From NCBI GenBank assembly GCA_963666275.2, contig CAXXOA010000001.1, forward strand, positions 1,824,001-1,888,000: 64,000 nt of DNA. The letters run 5' to 3'. The position numbers were made by a program, and so were the translations under genes. This document shows, one piece after another, positions 10,100 through 17,179 of the stretch; the stretch's first letter is position 1, and each line of letters opens with the position of its first letter. The notes beneath the pieces were generated by a model. It saw nothing but the letters and a program-made list of their open reading frames with translations, had not been told where the DNA came from and ran no database searches. Source of the stretch: Oceanispirochaeta sp. (lineage in GTDB: Bacteria; Spirochaetota; Spirochaetia; DSM-2461).

Positions 10100-11437
10100 T
10101 CAGGATAAAAACTTATCGTGAAGTTTCTGCACTGTATCATCGATCCTGTCCATGGGAACAACAAGTGACAGATTGATGTCTGATGAGCCCAGAGAGATCA
10201 TTCTTACAGGGGTATCTTCCAGAACACTGAAGACTTTGGAGATAAACCGGGAGTCTTTCCAGAGATCCTGACCTACCAGACAAATGATCCCTTTGTGCTT
10301 TTCCACATTGACATTGGCAAAAGACGCCATCTCTTCTGTAATGAGGTCAATCTTATGATCATTCTCTATTGTAATAGAGACTGATACTTCTGATGTGGAG
10401 ATCAGATCTACAGGGGTTTCATGTTTTTCAAAGATTCTGAAAATTCTACTGAGGAAACCATAGGCATTCAGCATCTTGCAGGATGTGATATTAACAAGGG
10501 TAATATCCTTTTTGGAAGCAATGGCTTTTAAACCCTTTCCTGTCAGAGTCCCTTCAATTCTGGTTCCGCTGTGATCGGGTTCTCTCGTATTTTTAACAAG
10601 AACTGGAATGTCTTTTCCCACTGCCGGCTGAATCGTTGCGGGATGGACAACTTTGGCACCGAAATAGGCCAGTTCTCCCGCTTCGCTGTAGGTTATGGAA
10701 GAGATGGATTTCACTCCTTTGACCTTACGGGGATCTGATGTCATGATTCCATTGACATCAGTCCAGATCTGCACTTCCTCTGCAGCCAGGGCGGCTCCAA
10801 TAATGGCGGCGGAATAATCACTTCCCCCTCTGCCCAGGGTGGTTGTCACTCCGGATTCGGTGGAACTGATAAATCCCTGAGTCACAATCAGTTTTCCCGG
10901 GGCCGGTTTTACCTGTTCCCGGATTCTGCTGTTTGTCAGACTCATAAGAGGTGAGGCGGATGTAAAATTTTCATCGGTAATCATAAAGTTCCTGGCATCC
11001 AGAAACTCGGTATCAATGCCCCTCTCTTTAGCTCTAAAGGCAATTATTGTCGTAGAAAGGCGTTCTCCGAATGATAAAAGAGCATCTTTGCTTCTGGGAG
11101 AACACTCCCGGAGAAGTGAAAGGCCCTTGAGAAGTGAAATGAACTGATTCAGAAGTTCATTCAGCTGTTTTTCCGCTGCTTCCAGATTCTCGCCGCTGAG
11201 AAAGGAATAGGCTGTCTGTATATGATTATTTTTCAGAGTGTCGATATGAGTCAGACACTCGTTCAGGTTCCCCTGTTCCGCCAGGTTTGTCATTTCAACA
11301 ATAAGATCAGTTGTCTTTCCCATGGCTGATGACACAAGGACGGGAGCCCTGTCCAGCTGTTTTTCAGTAATATCAATAGCGTTATCAATCCAGTCTGCAT
11401 TCTGGACGGAAGTTCCGCCGAATTTTAGAACAATCAT
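10100..11437 (-). CDS. lysC: Aspartate kinase (lysine-sensitive type, two ACT domains)
   Basis: LKFGGTSV, TTLGRGGSDYSA, YFGAKVVHP, STSEVSVS. Confidence 0.92.
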   Translation of the reverse strand: MIVLKFGGTSVQNADWIDNAIDITEKQLDRAPVLVSSAMGKTTDLIVEMTNLAEQGNLNECLTHIDTLKNNHIQTAYSFLSGENLEAAEKQLNELLNQFISLLKGLSLLRECSPRSKDALLSFGERLSTTIIAFRAKERGIDTEFLDARNFMITDENFTSASPLMSLTNSRIREQVKPAPGKLIVTQGFISSTESGVTTTLGRGGSDYSAAIIGAALAAEEVQIWTDVNGIMTSDPRKVKGVKSISSITYSEAGELAYFGAKVVHPATIQPAVGKDIPVLVKNTREPDHSGTRIEGTLTGKGLKAIASKKDITLVNITSCKMLNAYGFLSRIFRIFEKHETPVDLISTSEVSVSITIENDHKIDLITEEMASFANVNVEKHKGIICLVGQDLWKDSRFISKVFSVLEDTPVRMISLGSSDINLSLVVPMDRIDDTVQKLHDKFLS

Positions 11438-11598
11438 ATTAGTTCCTTCTGTATATTTTGTGAAAAAATATACATTTTATGAATCTTTGTCAATGAAGGT
11501 CAAAATGTTGCTTTAATTGATTTTACTCCCGGTTTCTGCTATCTTGGACTATCATATCTTTATTCTCATTTCCCGGAGCCGGATAAAATTATACAAAG

Positions 11599-14034
11599 AT
11601 GATAAACATTGAAGAACGAATAACAGAACCAGTCCGGGAAAAAATGCGCCGGGATGTGGAAGAAGCCGGAGGATTTGAAGTCCTCTGGTCCGGAACTCTC
11701 GACGAAGAAGGGGTTATTTCTCACGTTTTTGCCGCTTCCCGGGGGCATGAATCGGCTACGCCTGCCATCAGATCCCATATGCAGGAAGGTAATGTTGTAA
11801 TTCATAATCATCCTTCGGGGATTCTCCGTCCCAGTGATGCGGATCTCTTCCAGGCGTCCCAACTGGGAAATGAGGGAATAGGTTTTTACATAGTCAACAA
11901 TGATATAAGCGAAATCTATGTTGTTGTGGAACCGGTTCCCACAGAAGTTGAAATTCCCCTCAAAGAGGATTTCGTCGAGTCTGTTCTTTCTCCTGAAGGT
12001 CCTCTGTCCCGTGAATTCGGTCAGTACGAGGAGAGACCTTCCCAGATTGCGCTGGCCCGTCTGATCAGTGAGGGCTTCAATCAGGAGAAAATTATCATTG
12101 CTGAAGCCGGGACCGGGGTAGGGAAATCCTTCGCCTACCTGATTCCTGCTCTTCTGTGGACCTATCACAACCATCAGCGTGTCGTTATATCCACAGCAAC
12201 AATTAACCTGCAGCAGCAGATTCTTGAAAAAGATCTGCCTCTGGCCCAGAAAATAACGGGCACTCAGTCGGTCAAAGCTGTTCTTGTAAAAGGCCGGGGC
12301 AACTATCTCTGTCTTAACAGGCTTCAGGAGGCCCTGGACGAGGATTCTTTATTCCGGGACGAGGATGATGAGCTGTTTCAGATAAAAAACTGGTCGGAAA
12401 CAACCAAAGACGGTTCCCTTTCAGAACTCCCTGTTCTTCCGGATAACACTCTCTGGTCCCGCGTCTGCAGTGAAACAGATACCTGTCTGGGTCCCAGATG
12501 TCATTTCTACGGAAAATGTTTTGTCATGAAAGCAAGACGGGAAGCCGCTGCCGCTGGAATTCTTATTGTAAATCACCACCTGTTTTTTGCAGATCTGTCC
12601 CTGAGAATTCATGGAATGGGTTATGAGAATGCCGCTGTTCTTCCTCCCTATCATAAGATCATCTTTGATGAAGCCCATAACATTGAAAATAGCGCCACAT
12701 CGTTTTTTTCTTCCGATTTTTCCCGGATGGGTATGCGTAAATACCTGACCCGTCTGTTCAGGCAGAAACGGGGTCGGAGTTCGGGGCTTCTCCCCCGTCT
12801 GGAGCAGATATGCCGGGCACCGGACGATTATATGTACTCTGAAAAGATCCGGGAACTTAATTCACAGCTGGAAGTTCTGGATGCTCTTTCCTTCGATTTC
12901 GGTCATCCGGAAAAAACTCTTAGAATTCGTGATACCGAAAACAGCGATTACCTGGAAAAAGTCATAAAGCCTCTGAGGCTCAGCCGGGATAAAATCCGTT
13001 CTCTTCTGGATGCTCTGATGAAATGGAACGATGCCATTGAAGATCAGGATCGGGAGAATCAGACGGTTCTTGAGTTTAAACTGCTCATAAACAGGATAAA
13101 CCAGATTGCAGGGTTCCTCGAAAATTTCTGCAGCTATAATGGAGAAGATGAGGAAAATGTCTACTGGATGGAAAAGAAAACCTACAGGGACAAACCGACA
13201 GTCAGGTTTGTGATTACACCGGTGGATATCTCTTCCTGGATGCGATCGGGAATTTATGATACCTACGGCACTGTGATTTTTACTTCCGCCACACTGACGA
13301 TGGACAGGAAATTTGATTACTGGGTGAACCGGGTGGGGATGCAGTATCTGGATTCCCAGAGGCTTATAAAAGGACAGTTCGCTTCTCCCTTTCCCTACAG
13401 GGAAAATGTTATGCTGACCCTGCCCAACGATATACCCGATCCCACATCGGAAGAATTCAGGCCGTTTTTATCCTCGGCGGTGAAGCAGCTTATTGAATTG
13501 AACGAAGGCAGAGCACTGATCCTTTTTACCTCTTATGAAATGCTGAAATTATGCTATAATACAGTGAATCAGAACTGGAGTCGAAAAGATATTCCTCTGC
13601 TGAGGCAGGGAAGTGATGAAAGAAGCCGACTTCTGAAACAGTTTACCCGGGATACAGCCAGTGTGCTGTTTGCCACAGACTCATTCTGGGAAGGGGTTGA
13701 TACTCCGGGAGAGTCTCTCCGGATGGTTGTGATCTGCCGGCTTCCCTTTCGGGTTCCCTCTGATCCGGTCTATCAGGCCCGTTTGGAACTTGTAGAAAAA
13801 AGGGGAGGAAATCCTTTCCTCGAACTGTCCCTACCCGAAGCTGTTATGAGATTCAGACAGGGATTCGGACGCCTTATGCGAAGAAAAACTGACCGGGGCG
13901 CTGTGGTTGTCCTGGATGCCAGAATACTTCGCAAGAATTATGGTTCTCTATTTCTTCGTTCTCTGCCGGAAACGGGGGTTTTAAATAAGACCTTCGAAAG
14001 AGTGCTTGAGAATTTAGAAAATTTTATATATTAA
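11599..14034 (+). CDS. dinG: DinG/YoaA-family Fe-S helicase with N-terminal JAB/MPN-like domain
   Basis: AEAGTGVGKS, KGRGNYLC, Cys cluster, DEAH, SFWEGVD, QGFGRLMR; N-terminal HNHPSG...PSDAD. Confidence 0.88.
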   Translation: MINIEERITEPVREKMRRDVEEAGGFEVLWSGTLDEEGVISHVFAASRGHESATPAIRSHMQEGNVVIHNHPSGILRPSDADLFQASQLGNEGIGFYIVNNDISEIYVVVEPVPTEVEIPLKEDFVESVLSPEGPLSREFGQYEERPSQIALARLISEGFNQEKIIIAEAGTGVGKSFAYLIPALLWTYHNHQRVVISTATINLQQQILEKDLPLAQKITGTQSVKAVLVKGRGNYLCLNRLQEALDEDSLFRDEDDELFQIKNWSETTKDGSLSELPVLPDNTLWSRVCSETDTCLGPRCHFYGKCFVMKARREAAAAGILIVNHHLFFADLSLRIHGMGYENAAVLPPYHKIIFDEAHNIENSATSFFSSDFSRMGMRKYLTRLFRQKRGRSSGLLPRLEQICRAPDDYMYSEKIRELNSQLEVLDALSFDFGHPEKTLRIRDTENSDYLEKVIKPLRLSRDKIRSLLDALMKWNDAIEDQDRENQTVLEFKLLINRINQIAGFLENFCSYNGEDEENVYWMEKKTYRDKPTVRFVITPVDISSWMRSGIYDTYGTVIFTSATLTMDRKFDYWVNRVGMQYLDSQRLIKGQFASPFPYRENVMLTLPNDIPDPTSEEFRPFLSSAVKQLIELNEGRALILFTSYEMLKLCYNTVNQNWSRKDIPLLRQGSDERSRLLKQFTRDTASVLFATDSFWEGVDTPGESLRMVVICRLPFRVPSDPVYQARLELVEKRGGNPFLELSLPEAVMRFRQGFGRLMRRKTDRGAVVVLDARILRKNYGSLFLRSLPETGVLNKTFERVLENLENFIY

Positions 14035-14080
14035 TTTGATATATCTAGAAAATGAATTGAAATTCGTAAAGGAGCAGAAC

Positions 14081-15064
14081 ATGGCAAATCTGCAGACAAC
14101 TTACATGGGATTGAAACTTGCCAATCCTTTTATCGTATCCAGTTCGGGCTTAACCGACTCTGTTGAAAAAGTAAAAAAAGCCGCCGAAGCCGGGGCTGGG
14201 GCAGTTGTACTAAAATCTCTCTTTGAAGAGGATATTGTTAAAGCTGTTGAAAAAGACGCATCACTTGATACCTATTCCATTCATCCCGAGGCTTCTGAAT
14301 ACATCAATGAACTGGGAATGCTCTCGCAGCCGGACAGCTATCTGGAACTTGTAGAAAGTTCTGTGAAAGCAGTGGATATTCCGGTTATTGCCAGCTTGAA
14401 CTGCTTTACAGAAAAGTGGTGGATTGATTATGCGGTCAGAATTGAAAAGATGGGTGCTGCCGCTCTGGAACTGAACGTAGCCCTGATTCCCGTGACTGTT
14501 AAAGAGAAACCCGAAATGGTGGAAGAAACCATCTGCAATATGGTGAAAGCGGCCGTTAAAGCTGTGAAGATTCCCGTTGCCGTCAAGATCGGTTCCAATT
14601 TTTCTTCTCTTCCCGCTTTTGTTGAAAGACTGCGTAAAGCAGGTGCCTCTGCAATCGTTCTGTTCAACAGATTCTACAGACCTGATATAGACATTGATAA
14701 TATTGTGTTTAAAAACGGAAATCCCCTGTCTGACCCAGGTGAGTTCGCTCAGGTTTTGCGCTGGACGGGAATACTTTCCGATCTTGTGGAAGCAGACTTT
14801 TCCGCTTCCACCGGTATCCATGACGGAAAAACTGCCATTAAAATGATTCTTGCCGGAGCCAATACCGTACAGGTCTGTTCCATCCTCTATAAAAAGGGTG
14901 TCTCCTATATCGGTGAAATGGTGAAAGAGATGGAATCCTGGATGGATGAAAAAGGCTATCAGGAAATCTCTGACTTCTTCAGTCTTCTGAGTCTGGATGA
15001 CGATGAGAAGCACATCTACTATCAGAGACTTCAGTATGTGAAAGCACTGAAAGGATTGAAATAA
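14081..15064 (+). CDS. Dihydroorotate dehydrogenase-like flavoprotein
   Basis: YMGLKLANP, VVLKSLFEE, IPVAVK, LFNRFY, GANTVQV; GGAG SD before ATG 14081. Confidence 0.8.
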   Translation: MANLQTTYMGLKLANPFIVSSSGLTDSVEKVKKAAEAGAGAVVLKSLFEEDIVKAVEKDASLDTYSIHPEASEYINELGMLSQPDSYLELVESSVKAVDIPVIASLNCFTEKWWIDYAVRIEKMGAAALELNVALIPVTVKEKPEMVEETICNMVKAAVKAVKIPVAVKIGSNFSSLPAFVERLRKAGASAIVLFNRFYRPDIDIDNIVFKNGNPLSDPGEFAQVLRWTGILSDLVEADFSASTGIHDGKTAIKMILAGANTVQVCSILYKKGVSYIGEMVKEMESWMDEKGYQEISDFFSLLSLDDDEKHIYYQRLQYVKALKGLK

Positions 15065-15087
15065 TCTTTCCCGAACAGAAAAGATAT

Positions 15088-15125
15088 AAAAAAAACCGCC
15101 ATCTTATCGATTGGCGGTTTTTTTT
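15088..15125. terminator. Bidirectional intrinsic terminator (DHOD-like/groES)
   Basis: A-tract-CCGCCA...TGGCGG-T-tract. Confidence 0.85.
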
Positions 15126-15142
15126 GTCAGATAAATATCTGA

Positions 15143-15409
15143 TTATTCTACAACAGCGATAATATCCTGCATCCTGATAATGAGATGATCCACGTCATCG
15201 ATGCTGACAGAAGTTCCGGCGTATTTATCATACATAACATTTTCACCGGGTTTTACTGTAATCATGTCTTTATCGTCACCGATAGCGACTACAGTAGCAG
15301 TCTGTGTCTTCTCCTGAGCTGTTTCAGGGATGTAGAGCCCGGAAGCCGTTTTTGTTTCTGCTTCTTTGACTTTCAGCAGAACACGATCTCCTAAAGGTTT
15401 TACTGTCAT
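15143..15409 (-). CDS. groES: Co-chaperonin GroES
   Basis: KPLGDRVL, TASGLYIPETAQEK, DKYAGT; GAGG SD upstream of ATG 15409. Confidence 0.95.
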   Translation of the reverse strand: MTVKPLGDRVLLKVKEAETKTASGLYIPETAQEKTQTATVVAIGDDKDMITVKPGENVMYDKYAGTSVSIDDVDHLIIRMQDIIAVVE

Positions 15410-15550
15410 ATTTTTCCTCACATAAGGTTATTTTTTTTTCTGTATGGATAATATACGTATTCGGAGGACTGTGGTCAAGAAAAAATCACCATGTATAATT
15501 AGATGAAAAAGTTTCTTTCCGATTTCTTTGAGTTTTAGTATTTTAACTGT

Positions 15551-15946
15551 ATGAAAATGGGAAAAACTATATTCAAAAATGACAGGGACCGGTGTACTTT
15601 CTATTCTGTTCAGATTGAACGGTATCTGAAAAGGAAGACCATCCATAAATTCTGCAGCGAAGCGGAAAAAGATGTGGTGAATCAGATCATTTCGGATGCC
15701 TGGGAGCACTGCTCAGGTGAAATGAAACATAAGTCTGATTATTCGGAAAAAGTTCTGTTCTGCTATTCCTGCGTTCTTGTCTTTCCCTATTTCATAGCAG
15801 AAGAAGAGACTGTGATTCCTGTGGATTTTAAAGCCGGAAAAGTGATAAATTACAGAAATAACTGTACCTGCGGCAGTGGATTGCCCTATTTTGAGTGCTG
15901 CGGGAGCGTCTCCGGCTGGGACAGTCCGGATATTGGTCCTTTTTGA
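15551..15946 (+). CDS. SEC-C motif-containing hypothetical protein
   Basis: C-terminal RNNCTCGSGLPYFECCG fits the SEC-C metal-binding motif. Confidence 0.7.
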   Translation: MKMGKTIFKNDRDRCTFYSVQIERYLKRKTIHKFCSEAEKDVVNQIISDAWEHCSGEMKHKSDYSEKVLFCYSCVLVFPYFIAEEETVIPVDFKAGKVINYRNNCTCGSGLPYFECCGSVSGWDSPDIGPF

Positions 15947-15959
15947 TACACAAATATTC

Positions 15960-16005
15960 CTGTAAAACCCATTTGTTTCAAAATGACACAGTATGGATTT
16001 TACAG
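15960..16005 (+). promoter_or_regulatory. Candidate upstream activator sequence for a sigma54 enhancer-binding protein
   Basis: Imperfect palindrome TGTTTCAAAATGACACA (15974-15990) nested inside the inverted repeat CTGTAAAACCCAT/ATGGATTTTACAG, ~120 bp upstream of a -24/-12 element. Confidence 0.5.
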
Positions 16006-16099
16006 AGATTTTTCCGGCCATAGACTCCTGAATGGACTAGTTTTAGCATTTCTATACAATACAAATAATTAAATAATTTATACATTTCTTTCTGCATTT

Positions 16100-16115
16100 T
16101 GGCATGTTTCCTGCT
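16100..16115 (+). promoter_or_regulatory. Sigma54 (-24/-12) promoter
   Basis: TGGCATGTTTCCTGCT = GG-N10-GC, close to the TGGCAC-N5-TTGC consensus, ~22 nt before the start codon with an AGGAGG SD in between. Confidence 0.75.
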
Positions 16116-16137
16116 TATATACTAGCAGGAGGTCATT

Positions 16138-16992
16138 ATGGCTTACATGAACAATACACACGACGATGAAAATATACTTTCCCTTTACTTGAAAGAAATC
16201 AATAAGATTCCTCTTCTGACAAGAGAAGAAGAAGATACTATAGCAAGAAAGGCTGTCAAGGGAGACAAAGCTGCTCAGGACAGACTTGTAAAAGCTAATC
16301 TCAGATTTGTTGTTAATGTTGCAAAAAAGTATCAGAACCAGGGACTGCCCCTGGATGACCTTATCAGTGAAGGCAATATCGGCCTTATGAATGCCATAGA
16401 AAAATATGATCCTGATAAGGGATATCATTTTATATCCTATGCGGTATGGTGGATCAGACAGGCTGTTCTGAAAGCAATATATGAAAAATCAAGAATGATT
16501 CGTCTGCCCCTCAACAGAGCGAATGAACTGGTTCAGATAGAAAAAGTAAGAAAAGAGCTTTCCAAAATAAACGGAGAGGATCCTACGGCGGAGGAAATAT
16601 CTTTCCATGTCGGTGTATCCACAGAAGATGTCAGAACTCTTCTGGATATTTCCCGTGATCTTGTTTCTCTTGAAACCCCAACTTTCCGGGAAGGTGACAA
16701 CTCGGTTCTGGGTGATTTCCTGGAAGACGATAACTATAAAAGTCCTGACAATGTGGTCATGGAAACCCTTCTTCATGAGGATATCAATTCCGCCCTGGCT
16801 ACATTGGACAGTAAAGAATCCAGTATTCTGGAATATAGATTCGGACTGAACGGAAAAAAACCTCTGTCTCTGAAAGAGATCGGTGACAGATACAATCTGA
16901 CTAAAGAAAGAATCCGTCAGATTGAGAAGAAGGCGCTCCAGAGACTGCAGCATCCTTCCCGCTCCCACTACCTGGATTCCTACGTAGCCTGA
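16138..16992 (+). CDS. Sigma70-family sigma factor lacking region 1.1 (RpoS-like/group 2)
   Basis: LSLYLKEINKIPLL (region 1.2), NLRFVVNVAKKY..DLISEGNIGL..SYAVWWIRQ (region 2), LTKERIRQIE (region 4.2); 284 aa. Confidence 0.92.
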   Translation: MAYMNNTHDDENILSLYLKEINKIPLLTREEEDTIARKAVKGDKAAQDRLVKANLRFVVNVAKKYQNQGLPLDDLISEGNIGLMNAIEKYDPDKGYHFISYAVWWIRQAVLKAIYEKSRMIRLPLNRANELVQIEKVRKELSKINGEDPTAEEISFHVGVSTEDVRTLLDISRDLVSLETPTFREGDNSVLGDFLEDDNYKSPDNVVMETLLHEDINSALATLDSKESSILEYRFGLNGKKPLSLKEIGDRYNLTKERIRQIEKKALQRLQHPSRSHYLDSYVA

Positions 16993-17020
16993 TCGAAAGC
17001 ATAACATACGTTTAGTGTCC

Positions 17021-17073
17021 CCCGGCTTAATACTTTGCATGTGTATAGTATTAAGCCGGGCTTTTGTTTTTTT
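17021..17073 (+). terminator. Intrinsic terminator after the sigma gene
   Basis: CCCGGCTTAATACT...AGTATTAAGCCGGG 14-bp stem followed by a T-rich tail. Confidence 0.8.
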
Positions 17074-17111
17074 AAACTAAACACCCGTGTAGTGGTTGAA
17101 GATATAAAAGC

Positions 17112-17140
17112 TTGACGGACTGTAAAAAGGGGCTTAAAAT
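17112..17140 (+). promoter_or_regulatory. Putative sigma70 promoter of ppdK
   Basis: TTGACG-17 nt-TAAAAT. Confidence 0.6.
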
Positions 17141-17179
17141 TTCTCAGGATTTTTCATAAAACGTTAAAAGAAGGGAATA

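Noticed and set aside
11438..11598. Lysine riboswitch or Rex operator (TTGTGAAAAAATATACAT) upstream of lysC
   Set aside because: The spacer is short and AT-rich with no riboswitch helices, and only one half of the Rex palindrome matches
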